Below are positions 27,290 to 39,300 of a DNA stretch of 64,000 nt, in pieces (position 1 is the stretch's first letter; each line of letters opens with the position of its first letter). The DNA is taken from assembly GCA_002633005.1 (NCBI GenBank), contig NMRA01000926.1, forward strand, positions 1 through 64,000, written 5' to 3'. The notes below the pieces were generated by a model. That model ran no database searches. It was not told the DNA's origin and saw nothing but the letters and a program-made list of their open reading frames with translations. The stretch is from Phoronis australis. Its lineage: Eukaryota > Animalia > Phoronida. Position numbers and translations under genes: made by a program.

Positions 27290-27974
27290 TCCAGAATGAG
27301 CCACATCATCTCCTGCACCAAAAGACGGCGAGGAAGTGCCAGAGAGTGAACTCGAGTGGTTTTCATCATTAAAAAGTGAGTTGAAATGGTCTAATACAGA
27401 GATTATGAACGAGCTCGGTCACATAAAAGAATCGTTAAACTTAGCCTTTAACACTGCGGAAGAAGCCTTAGCAAATTCCAAACAGTGTGTTGAGAAAATT
27501 GCTGTGTTGGAAAAAGAAAACGGGTACTAGAAATCCAAAATCATCTCTCTCGACATGCATTCTAGAAGGAACAATCTCGTGTTTGTGGGGATACCGCAAA
27601 CCCAAGATATGTCGTGTGAGAACAGTTTATCTACATGTATTGAGCTAAAGCGATATATGGGCCTTGACAACATCTCCTTTGAAAGAGTGCACCCGATTGG
27701 CAATAAAGGTACTATAATTGCTTAGTTTTCGTACTATAAACAACGACAACAAGTGTGAATGGGAAAGAGAAAGTTTCAAGGTTCGAAAATTTTTGTGAAC
27801 GAGGACTTCCCACATGAGACTATTGTCAATCGAAAGCGCCTGGTACCTTTTCTCAAGTCAGCGAGACGGTGCCCGAATGTAAACAAAGCATGGCTGAATG
27901 GAGATCGGTTGGTGATTGACGGCAAAACCTATACAGTTGACAACAAGAATGAGATTCCCACCTTCAGTGAATAG
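27290..27974 (+). pseudogene. L1/Tx1 ORF1 relic (coiled coil + RRM + CTD), inverted segment
   Basis: KIAVLEKEN..LDMHSRRNNLVFVGIP..FERVHPIG..IFVNEDFP..RKRLVP..DRLVIDGKTY, with in-frame stops. Confidence 0.85.
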
Positions 27975-28025
27975 TGGCGAACAAGAAATCGAGAAAGATG
28001 GCCTGCAGGGCACCAAACCAACTGT

Positions 28026-31000
28026 CGATTATTAGTAAAGGTTGGATATGGAAAAGTTCACAACCAGCAAGAAAGTACCCTTCTGTACAGCTAAGTGAGG
28101 GGGCTAGAGAGAGGCCGTAAAGTCTACTCCTTGAAGATGTGTCAAAGAGAATTTGTAGCTTTGAGGAGCGAGTTGGGGAAAAAGTATTACTGGCTTATAC
28201 CACAACAGGTCCAAAGTAATTTGTTGAGATAGGCCACTCTCAGCAAATGGGGGGAAACTGGGACAGAGGAAGTGGAGTATGCATTGAAAGAGGCAATCTG
28301 GGATTGTCAAGGATGTAGCATTGTAAAAATTCAAAGGGGGGAAACACTACAGTGGCTGGACCTGTAAATACTCTGGCAGATCTGCTAAATCCAGTGGTGG
28401 TATAATTATGTCAGCACAACTGTGTAGGGAAGTAGGCTTGTGTGTTGTCGCAAGCTTGTTTGCACCAGAACTGCTTGTGTGAACAGCACAAATCTAAAAT
28501 TCACCTATACTGAATTTTTGTCTTGGCACGCATCATGATCCTGGGGCCACATGGTAATGGTACATTGTTCATTTTGTTAAGCCACTGGATTTTTTGGTCT
28601 GACAGGATTTCTCAGTGTGGCCATCACATTTAGATGATTTCTGACCACTGTACTGTTCCTTTTCCTTGAAGATGTGTAATTGATCTGAGTTTATGTTTCC
28701 GCATTTTATTTACCATTATAGATTTTTGTTTGTAAATGGGTATATATTGCTGAAATTTGAGCCCCTGTTGCAATTAGGCTGGTTTTGTTAACTTATCTTT
28801 CTACCTGGGTTGTAAACCTTCTGTCCATGAGATAATTAGTTTTGATTTAGACCATTTACCTCTATATTTTTGCTCAGTTTGTTCCTTATCCAGATGGGAA
28901 GGGATTTCTGGAATTGTAGCTAATTGACAGTTTGCTATTCCTTGAGACCATGTTGTGTGTATAAATTCACACACTATTAGACTGGTCTTCAGCAATTGCC
29001 TATTGCCAGATCTTCCAAAGTTCTGAAATTGCTCAAAAGTGACCTGGAAGTAATACCTATTTCATGATGGTAAAATGTCTAAATCAAAAGTTGTTTTATG
29101 AGATTTAAGGCGAGTTTATGTCCACTTCAAATGATTTTTTGTTGCAGTACTGAAAAATATTGGCACATTAGCTCTGGTGGCTCCTTGTTTTTTGGCGAAT
29201 TGACCATTTTATGGTTCCCATGTGTAATCTTATTATTGGTCTAGCATGTATGTACAACTGTAATCGTAGGGCAATTGTAATGCAAACCATGTTGCAAAAG
29301 TATTTTTTTCATGACCATTTCACTGTAAAATGCTGCCTAATTGGAACCGACAAGCCAATTTTTCATTTTGTGGTGGTTAGAACATTGATGTGGTAAATAT
29401 AGCTACCTCAAGTTTGTGAAGAAGAGATTTCGGTGATTTCAGCGATGTTGCGAAATCACTTTTTGCAGTGAGACTACATCACCTTAAATGTAATTCCCTG
29501 ACTTTATGGGCTTTGTGTGGTTGACTCTGTCCTGTAGCAATTGGAGTTTTGAAAAGATCTAGAAGGCATTTTTTATTTGAGTCATAACATTTGCACTTTT
29601 GACTGTACAGTTATCTTTGCATTGTATTACGAAAACATATTTTGTAGTACACAAGTCTCTGGTTGCTATTTTATATTTTTTCACAAGGAATATTTTCAAC
29701 TTAGATGAGTTGTCTGTGAGGTAGGCAATTTTCCAATAAGATAATGAATAAAGTTGTCAAGTATTGTTTTATTTCTTAGATGTGTGATCTTCCAATAAGT
29801 GATTACTTTAAAAAAACTGTGCAGAAATTGATTTTTACACTTCATTTAAGGGAAAACAAATCCATAAACCTGCATTGTTTAGAAATTTTACTCGAACTAC
29901 ATATTACAGGGTTGGGGATTGGAATCTTAATACAATGGACTCTGAAGCCCTACCATGAGCAATACAACGCAATACACGGATATAAAAATTTTCTGTTTAA
30001 GTTCCAAGGAATGGATTCGTGTGAGCGGTAATAGTTACTAAGGTGCGTAGTCATTGTTAGTGGATACTTTGGGATTCCTCTTTCATGGTAATCCACGGGA
30101 AACCTGGTCGCATAGAGAACAATAGATTAGCGTCTTTATTGTTCCCGTTGTTATAATAAAGATATAATGACGAGCACTTATCGGCAACGGTCTGATGTAC
30201 GTAAGGTTCTATATCCATGCGACCTGTGTTGTTATATCCAACAATGACACAACAAAGGAAAACAATGATAGGACCGATGGGCGAAAAACATGCGACGAGT
30301 TGCCACAGACAGTGGTGGAGTTTGTCTTGTCATTCGAATGTTTTTAGAGAACTGCAAACTTGGTATTTCGTCAGGAAAATTTCTGCGGTCTTTTGTTTTA
30401 AGTCGTGGGAAAAATTGTGGTCATGCCATCAAACTTATCATTCATTTGATATTAAAATGCATTGCATGAACATTTTATCAACAGAAAATCTGACTTGAAT
30501 ATGTGTGAAGAAGTACCCATGAGAAAATTGCAAGGTATAACAACTGTAAATCAAAATTACCTACATTTATCGAGTTCATGTCTCACCCTGTTCACTGTGG
30601 AGGACAAAATGGAGCCATGTGTGGTATTTAGGGGTACTATAGCCCTAAGTGGTAAGTAGTAAAACGTTCAAAACATTCAGGAGGAACTAACTTGTTGCAA
30701 AATTTCGAAAAACATGAAGGACAATCGGATTTTACGGTGCTCACGCATCGATCTCAGATGTATGAAAATTTCTCATTTTAGTACATACATGTATGAGGTG
30801 CCAAAATGTATAACTAATAAACTGGCTGACAAAGTTTTTATTTTATGTAATGAAAGTAACATGCTTTGTCAACATTTTTGCTAAGTTTCATTCTCATAGC
30901 AGTGGGGGCAGATTTGGTACAGCAGTGTACTGAACACAACCTCAAAATGGCATAACGGGGGGCAGTGTAGTAAAACTACTAAATGAGGGTGGTAAATCGG

Positions 31001-31311
31001 AATCGTGTTTCAAGACATCTGTGTAACAACCTATAGGCACCATTAAACAATGCCAAGTCAATAATAAATCAATAGCTTTCCTTCAAGGAAAAATATAGCC
31101 AGTTAAACCTGAACAGTTTTTATACCCTAAAAACATGGCTGCCAAGCCGTAAAATGTGTTTGAGCCTATAACTTTGGAAAAACGCAATATTTTGAGGAAA
31201 TATTTTACCGCTGTTTATAGATCCCATAGGACTACCTTTGTGCCAAATTTGGTGAAAATCGGCTGACCTCCACCTTGCCGCTGGATGGCTTGTGCTCTCG
31301 TGGACTAGTAC
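28026..31311 (+). mobile_element. One-ended copy of the TTAA-targeting Sola3-like element, between L1 ORF1 and ORF2
   Basis: Reverse complement of 36307-39635. Ends ...CGTGGACTAGTAC|TTAA. Carries a degenerate transposase C-terminus at ~28030-28280. Confidence 0.75.
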
Positions 31312-31363
31312 TTAATGAGCAATGTCGTTTGGTTGAGTTTAGAAGTGCCTTAATTATCTTTGT

Positions 31364-31766
31364 ATGGCGAACAATTTAAAAATTGCATCTTTTAACTGTA
31401 GAGGTCTTGGAACTCTGTCAAAAAGATGAGAAGTTTTCCATTATATAAGGCAGTGTGCGTACAGTATTTTCTGCCTACAAGATACTTACTTTACTGTTGC
31501 GGAAGAACCCATAATTCGAGCTCATTGGGGATATGACTTTTTTCAGCCATTGTCGAAGTGATGCCAGGGGTGTTGTCATCTTATTTAATAGTGATTTTGA
31601 GTTTAAAGTTCTATCTTTTACTTCGGATACTGCAGGAAATCTCCTGATTTTAGAGGTTGAAGTAAATAACTGTTTTTCTATTGTGTTGGTGAATATTCAT
31701 GGACCAAACAAAGATAGCCCTCAACTTTTTAATGACATTTCACAGAAAATCGCCAGTTACAATAAC
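31364..31766 (+). pseudogene. L1/Tx1 ORF2 N-terminus (APE N-half), inverted segment
   Basis: MANNLKIASFNCRGLG..IFCLQDT..WG..FFSH..ARGVVILF..GNLLIL..LVNIHGPNKDSP..IASYN. Confidence 0.88.
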
Positions 31767-32145
31767 GGCGTTACCAAAGTTATTTACTGTGTCATCTTGT
31801 GAGTTTCTTGAAAGAGAAAACGTACATGTATCTGACTCGTACCAGTCGTTACACGGTAAATATTTTGAATATTAATGTTGGTGTTGATTGGCTAATTTTG
31901 ATAGTTCACTAAGCATAAATGCAACACCGTTTCTTTCTGACATATTTTCATAAGAAACAGACTCTTCAGGGGGTAAATAGACGAAGCACATTATAAAGTC
32001 TTTCTCGACATTTACCAAATTTTTGTTGCATTTAAAAACAATACCGAATGAGAACTGAATATTTATATGCTTGAGACAAGCTGATATTGTAGGCTTTTAA
32101 AGACACTAACGCCACCCAAGTACCTGCCACATTTCGGCTTTCTTT
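31767..32145 (-). mobile_element. L2/CR1-group LINE ORF2 relic, 5' part (APE N-half)
   Basis: Reads GRYLGGVSVF..DFIMCFVYLPPEESVSY..WYESD..RNSQDDTVNNFGNA. It joins in frame across the TSD to LIDMFCELNIHIVNG at 20547. Confidence 0.8.
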
Positions 32146-32879
32146 TTACAGACACTAAACGACGCGTAGCCCGACAAACTGAACTGTGACGTTGTTTTTT
32201 CTCCCACGTTTCAGAAACACATACATCATGCTCAGATAGATATGCTCATGCTTGAACGTCTTGTTTACGAATTCCAGCCGACCACTGAGGGTGGGCTGTA
32301 GCTTAACCGCTAACGTGTCGTCATTGAGCCGCCATTAGTGTGTGTTAAGGTTGAATAGGAAGAAAACTGCGCGTGAGCGGCTTGAAGTTAAAGGAGCATG
32401 CCACCCAAAAAACAACCTAATTTGTATCAATTTAGATCGAGTAGTTCTCCTCGATAGCGGCACGAACGGTTGCGTTACCTGACACCTGACGGCAGACGGA
32501 GGTGATGAAATTTTCCACTGACGTCATCGGTTTCACACGCAGTCTGTTCAGCAGTTCACAACACGGGTAACTGGTGTCAGCTTATCGCTTGAATTCATCG
32601 TTTAACACCAATAAATGATCAAACTTCGATGTAGAACCCTTAAAAATACACCAAGTTATTATAAAAACGTGTTGTCTTATTTCACTGTTATGGATTTATT
32701 GGTATTTGGACACACCGTAGCCAACAAATTTCGGCAGTCCAATTTACCACGGTACGTAGCAGGAGTTCGTGTTCTGTTTGGAGATAAATTCTAAGTATTT
32801 TTCCGTGAAACACAGACAGTAGGACCTAGATCTGTGTTGTTTAGACTTGTGTTTTTTAGTTCTAAACACAAAAAACGCT

Positions 32880-32990
32880 TGTTATCCCGGCCAGTGTCTC
32901 GGAACCCGATCAGGCCCGTAGCGGCCGGACTGACTCGTTATCCCGGCCAGTTGCTCGGAACCCAATCAGGACCGTCGCGACCGGACTGAA
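32880..32990 (+). repeat. Tandem duplication of ~56 bp
   Basis: gttatcccggccagt..ctcggaaccc.atcagg..ccggactga occurs twice. Confidence 0.8.
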
Positions 32991-33238
32991 GACATCACGA
33001 ACATTAACCAGCCAAAGTTGGAAACTAAGCTTGAAGTCAAGAAAATACTATACTAGTGAGCTAAAGAAGTAATGTGCACGTGATTATTTTAGTGAAGCCA
33101 CGAAACTGCAAATCTACTAAGGCCCTATTCGTCGGGGGCCGTGAATTCAGGTTCCCGTTTGGCCACAGAACCGCCAGGGCAGAAGTTGTACATTGACAAT
33201 CATTATTTGAATAATGTATAAGTAAATAAAGATTCCCC

Positions 33239-33607
33239 NNNNNNNNNNNNNNNNNNNNNNNNNNNNNNNNNNNNNNNNNNNNNNNNNNNNNNNNNNNNNN
33301 NNNNNNNNNNNNNNNNNNNNNNNNNNNNNNNNNNNNNNNNNNNNNNNNNNNNNNNNNNNNNNNNNNNNNNNNNNNNNNNNNNNNNNNNNNNNNNNNNNNN
33401 NNNNNNNNNNNNNNNNNNNNNNNNNNNNNNNNNNNNNNNNNNNNNNNNNNNNNNNNNNNNNNNNNNNNNNNNNNNNNNNNNNNNNNNNNNNNNNNNNNNN
33501 NNNNNNNNNNNNNNNNNNNNNNNNNNNNNNNNNNNNNNNNNNNNNNNNNNNNNNNNNNNNNNNNNNNNNNNNNNNNNNNNNNNNNNNNNNNNNNNNNNNN
33601 NNNNNNN
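33239..33607. other. Assembly gap
   Basis: Run of N. Confidence 1.
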
Positions 33608-33723
33608 CTCAGGATATCAGTTCGAACCAGCTAGAGTACACTGATCAAGAAGTATTAGAGAGGCGCCGTGAACGTGCACAAACAATGGAGCACATGGATA
33701 GTTCCGAAAACCGTCTCATGGTG

Positions 33724-34083
33724 TCAGTGCGCTAACTGCACCATAATGGAAACAACTGATCCACGTTTCTTTGCTTCCTGCCTGCCGAACGCAAACACAC
33801 TAGGCACAACATCTGACTTCAGCCTCGGTTGCTTTTTCTGCCCTGGCATGAGGTGTTTGGCAAGCCGGAATTCGTCAGTGAATTCACTGTCCACGAAATG
33901 TCGGCCACAGACACGGAGATGTTTCACGGCCTCGTACTTGGTATGAACTCCGTACTTGTCATTTTTCACTGCCGCGAGCCACTTCCAAAGCATTTCGGGC
34001 TCTCGAGGAAATCGAAAAAACGATGCACCCGCTTTCCTCGCCCCTTCATAGTTCAAACAGGCAGGAACGACACACGACACCAT
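33724..34083 (-). CDS. THAP zinc-finger domain ORF (Kolobok-borne, probably truncated)
   Basis: ccgccATGg start; MVSCVVPAC..FFRFP..W..VCGRHF..LKSDVVPSVF gives a C2CH THAP signature with an AVPTIF-like box. Confidence 0.8.
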   Translation of the reverse strand: MVSCVVPACLNYEGARKAGASFFRFPREPEMLWKWLAAVKNDKYGVHTKYEAVKHLRVCGRHFVDSEFTDEFRLAKHLMPGQKKQPRLKSDVVPSVFAFGRQEAKKRGSVVSIMVQLAH

Positions 34084-34329
34084 GGCGGAATTCACTCTGC
34101 ATACGAACCACTGACGTCGCTGCGGACTTTCTCACCTTCCTCACAGGCTAACGCGACACCTCTCGGCAAGGTAAGGTCGACCGTGTACGAGCCGATGTGG
34201 CCCCAGATCGATTAAGACGGTAAAAAAGACTAATTAAATCGGGTGGCATTAGCCTTTAAGTATAGACCTAATTCACGCCGACAGGAGGCGCATTCTAAAA
34301 CGAGGCTCGCTACGATAGTTCTGCTGGGT

Positions 34330-34475
34330 TATCGGCATATTTGTATTCGGCGTTGCTCGAACTGCTAGAAAAAATTCGGACTCTGAACTGTCTGTTTTAC
34401 AATCCAGAATGTTGAGATTCGGAAGCGTTGGGTCGTTGCCATACGGCGCAACGAAGGAAAATATGTCCGTGTAAA
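34330..34475 (+). pseudogene. Second, degenerate THAP fragment
   Basis: Reads ..EIRKRWVVAIRRNEGKYVRV, resembling the W..AIRR.EG THAP segment of transposases. Confidence 0.4.
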
Positions 34476-34624
34476 ATTTATAAATGTTTTCGGAAAGTTA
34501 GATCATATTTTGTGGCATCTCGGTTGCCGAGCATCATAGCAAAAACTGGAGAATCTTCGGCCAGCCAAGCTGTGTTTTCATGACAACGAGTTGAAACGTG
34601 ATGCATTTTTCTTTCTAAAAAGGA

Positions 34625-34961
34625 CAGGACCCTCAATCCCTCGATTTTGGGGCTGAATATCGTCCCTATTCCCTCTCAAAATATTAAAAAATCACGCGAA
34701 ATTCCCCCCACGAGGCCTAAAAATTCCCCTAGTAGTGATTGAAAATTTTTCTTCAAAGTTCAAATCGCCTAACCACACTGGTGAAAATTTGAAAAGCACA
34801 TGGAAATGCTACGTGAGACAGAGCCTATGGAGAACTTGTAACAGGGCAGGTTTGCTATGAATGGTGATCGGGAAGTAGATTTTTCCCCTCCTCACTCGGC
34901 GAAAAAATTCCCTCCGATCTCCGAGCATAGGCACCTTTCCCCTCGGATAACGAGGTCCCTG
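34625..34961. mobile_element. MITE
   Basis: CAGGACCCTC ... GAGGTCCCTG imperfect TIR; flanks aagga/aagaa. Confidence 0.5.
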
Positions 34962-35678
34962 AAGAAACATGATAACTATGCTTGCTCTGCCCAGTTAACT
35001 GAAGTTGAGCCTAACACGAGATTACGCTTTGGACAAACGAAGGTGTTTTAATTCTAAAATTCAACTTGGTCCACATTGATATTTAAAACCTAACATATGA
35101 AATAGAAAGCAAAATTGATGATCAAATAATTTTTATTTTCCTTACCAGCCTGGTTATTTATTTTAATAAAGATATATTTAATAACATCAATTATTTTTTC
35201 AGATCAATGACAAATCAACTATTACTCCCGGTAGTCCCTACCTCACTTGGACCTACATGTAGGCTATGCTTGATCAAAAAATTAAACCAGATGTGACTAA
35301 TTGCACATCACGGCAAAATGTGATGAGCCACTACTGTCGAATGTATCTTCAACTCGTCAACAATACAAGCAGATAACCTGGGTCGTGTAGAAACAAAAAC
35401 AATTTACAAGAAGAAACGTAACCCTGCATTCACCATAATACCTATTCCGTAACACTACGGTCGTCTTAATTTGATCATATTTACTTTTTATTATTCGAAC
35501 TTAGTTTTCCGAAAAAAATTATACCCTTTCGTCAGACAACTCTTTGGTGCCTTGTCTTGTTCCCTAATGTATTCGTTCTACTTCTCTGTAGTTAATTATA
35601 GACACATTTTTAAGATTTAAGGTTGGATTCGAAATACCGACCATTTAACTCACGCAATGTCAACTTCCGCTTTGTTTA

Positions 35679-36276
35679 GGCGGCACATAATAGTTCTCAG
35701 TGGGTTTTGCCCAGCAAAACACACATCACTTGATTTGTCACCTTTTCTTCACTCTGTTGAAAAGAGGATGCAAAGAATGACATGTTTTCAGTTATTTCAC
35801 ATAAAAAGCCCTGCAGATGATCGCAGAAACTTTATTCTCTCTTGTATTTTTGACTGAAACCAACCTAGAATAAGAAAAATAAGGGCAAAAAGTGCAAAAT
35901 CACACCACTTCCCTGCCGTTGCACGACTAAAACCAACATTTGATTCTGAAAGCAAATTTCCCACAGATCCCGAAAATGTGGTCCAAAAGTATGTCAACCA
36001 TCTAGTTTTTTGACAATTCTGGATTGTTTGAGGGCTACCTAAAATTTCTCAGTCGCTACATAGAAATGCCCAGTTGCAACTGGGAGAAAATGCAGCTACA
36101 GCCGATAAAGTGGCCTTTTTATTCTCAGCATGTTCCCAAATACAAACAAACCACATTCACTGATCCTAAATGCAATTCCCACCAACAAAATCCCCCCAAA
36201 CTTGGCTTACCCCAAAATTTTAATATTTTAGGAGTGCAAATTGGACGCGGCCGCAGGTTAACTGTTCAGTGCCACC
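35679..36276. mobile_element. Harbinger-type MITE, TTA TSD (copy 2)
   Basis: Collinear with 25189-25848: tta|GGCGGCAC...GTGCCACC|tta. Confidence 0.8.
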
Positions 36277-36306
36277 TTATCGCAGTGATCCTCGCTTTGG
36301 ATTTAA

Positions 36307-39300
36307 GTACTAGTCCACGAGAGCACCAGCCATGAGCGGCAAGGTGGGGGTCAGCCGATTTTCACCAAATTTGGCACATAGGTAGTCCTATGGGATCTAT
36401 AAGCAGCGGTAAAATATTTCCTCAAAATATTGCGTTTTTCTAAAGTTATAGGCTCAAACACATTTTACGGCTTCGCAGCCATGTTTTCACGGTATAAAAC
36501 TGTCCAGATTTAACTGTTCATCTTTTTCCTTGAATGAAAGCTATTGATTTATTATTCACTTGGCATTGTTTAGTGGTGCCTGTAGATTGTTACACAGATG
36601 TCTTGAAACACGATTCCGATTTACCGCCCTCATTTAGTAGTTTTACTACACTGCCCCCCGTTATGCCATTTTGAGGTTGTGTTCAGTACACTGCTGTACC
36701 AAATCTGCCCCCACTGTTATGAGAATGAAACTTAGCCAAAATGTTGACAAAACATGTTACTTTCATTTCATAAAATAAAAACTTTGTCAGCCAGTTTATT
36801 AGTTATATATTTTGGCACCTCAAATGTACTAAAATGAGAAATTTTCATATATCTGAGATCGATGCGTGAGCACCGTAAAATCCGATTGTCCTTCATGTTT
36901 TTCGATATTTTGCAACAAGTTAGTTCCTCCTGAATGTTTTGAACGTTTTACTACTTACCACTTAGGGCTACAGTACCCCTAAATACCATACATGGCTCCA
37001 TTTTGTAAAAAGCCGATTATGTCCTCCACAGTGAACAGGGTTAGACATGAACTCGACAAATGTAGGTTATTTTGATTTACAGTTGTTTTACTTTGCAATT
37101 TCCTCATGGGTATTTCTTCACACATATTCAAGTCAGATTTTCTGTTGATCAAATGTTCATGTAATGCATTGCAATATCAAATGAATGATAAGTTAGGTTG
37201 CATGACCGCAATTTTTCCCACGACTTAAATTAAAAGACCGCAGAAATTTTCCTGACGAAATACCGGGTTTGCAGTTCTGTAAAAACATTCGAATGACAAG
37301 ACAAACTCCACCACTGTCCATGGCAACTCGTCGCATGTTTTTCGCCCATCGGTCCTATCATTGTTTTCCTTTGTTGTGTCATTGTTGGATGTAACAACAC
37401 AGGTCGCATGGATATAGAACCTTGCGTACATCAGACCGTTGCCGATAAGTGCTCGTCATTATATCTTTATTATAACAACGGAAACAATGAAGATGCTAAT
37501 CTATTGTTCTCTATGCGACCAGGTTTCCCGTGGATGACCACAGAAGAGGAATCCCAAAGTATCCACAAACAATGACCACGCACCTTAGTAACTATTACCG
37601 CGCACACGAATCCTTTCCGTGGAACCTAAACACCAAATTTTTATATCCGTGTATTGTGTTGTATTGCTCATGGTACGGGTTCAGACTCTGTTGTATTAAG
37701 ATTCCAATCCCCAACCCTGTAATATGTAGTTTGAGTAAAATTTCTAGACAATGCAGGTTTATGGATTTATTCTCCTTCAAATGAAGAGTAAAAATCAAAT
37801 TCTGCACAGGTTTTTTAAAAGTAATCACTTATTGGAAGATCACACATCTAAAAAATAAAACAATGTTTGACAATTTTATTCATTATCTTATTTGAAAATT
37901 GCCTACCTCACAGACAACTCATCTAAGTTGAAAATATTCCTTGTGAAAAAATATAAAATACCAACCAGAGACTTGTGTACTACAAAATATGTTTTCGTAA
38001 TACAATGCAAAGATAACTGTACAGTCAAAAGTGCAAATGTTATGACTCTAATAAAAAATTGCCTTCTAGATCTTTTCAACACTCTAATTGCTACAGGACA
38101 GAGTCAACCACACAAAGCTCATAAAGTCAGGGAATTACATTTAAGGTGATGTAGTCTCACTGCGAAAAAGTGATTTCGCAATATCGCTGACAACACTGGA
38201 AATCTCTTCTTCACAAACTTGAGGTAGCTGTATTTACCACATCAATGTTCTTATCAAAACTAACCACCACAAAATGAAAAATTGGCTTGTCGGTTCCAAT
38301 TAGGCAGCATTTTACAATGAAATGGTCATGAAAAAATACTTTTGCAACATGGTTTGCATTACAATTGCCCTACGATTACAGTTGTACATACATACTAGAC
38401 CAGTAACAAAATTACCCATGGGAACCATAAAATGGTCAATTCGCCAAAAAAACAAGGAGCCACCAGAGCTAATGTGCCAATACTTTTCAGTACTGCAACA
38501 AAAAATCATTTGAAGTGGACATAAACTCGCCTAAAATCACATAAAACAACTTTTGATTTAGATATTTTACCATCACGAAATAGGTATTACTTCCAGGTCA
38601 CTTTTGAGCAATTTCAGAACTTTGAAAGATCTGGCAATATGCAATTGCTAGAGACCAGACTAATAGTGTGCGATTTTATACACACAGCATGGTCTCAAGG
38701 AATAGCAAACTGTCAATTCGCTACAATTCCAGAAATCACTTCCCATCTGGATAAGGAACAAACTGAGCAAAGTTTATAGAGGTAAATGGTCTAAATCAAA
38801 ACTTATTACCTCCTGGACAGAATATGGGTTTACAACCCAGGCAGAAAGATAAGTTAACAAAACCAGCCTAACTGCAACAGGGTCTCAAATTTCAGTAATA
38901 TATACCCATTTACAAACAAAAATCTATAATGGTAAATAAAATGCGGAAACATAAATTCAGATCAATTACGCATCTTCAAGGAAAAGGAATAGTACAGTGG
39001 TCAGAAATCATCTAAATGTGATGGCGACACTGAGAAATCCTGTCAGACCAAAAAATCCAGTGGCTAAACAAAATGAACAATGTACCATTACCATGTGGCC
39101 CAGGATCATAATCCGTGCCTGGACAAAAATTCAGTCTTAGACTAGGTAAATTTTAGATTTGTGCTGTTCACACAAGCAGTTCTGGTGCAAACAAAGCTTG
39201 CGACAACACACAAGCCTACTTCCCTACACAGCTGTGCTGATACAATAATGCCCCCACTGGATTTAGCAGATCAGCCAGAGTATTTACAGGTCCAGCCACT

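Larger units (their letters stand above)
20563..31766 (-). mobile_element. L1/Tx1-clade retrotransposon, 5'-complete, with 5' inversion and two later insertions
   Basis: Poly(A) (T-run at 20561) and a 15-bp TSD GGCGTTACCAAAGTT at 20548-20562 and 31767-31781. ORF2 runs on - from 27198; the 5'UTR, ORF1 and ORF2 start run on + from 27196. Confidence 0.88.
32392..34255 (-). mobile_element. Kolobok DNA transposon (deleted derivative)
   Basis: TTAA|AGGAGCATGCCACCC ... GGGTGGCATTAGCCT|TTAA (RR..YY termini, TTAA TSD). Contains a THAP ORF and spans a gap. Confidence 0.8.
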
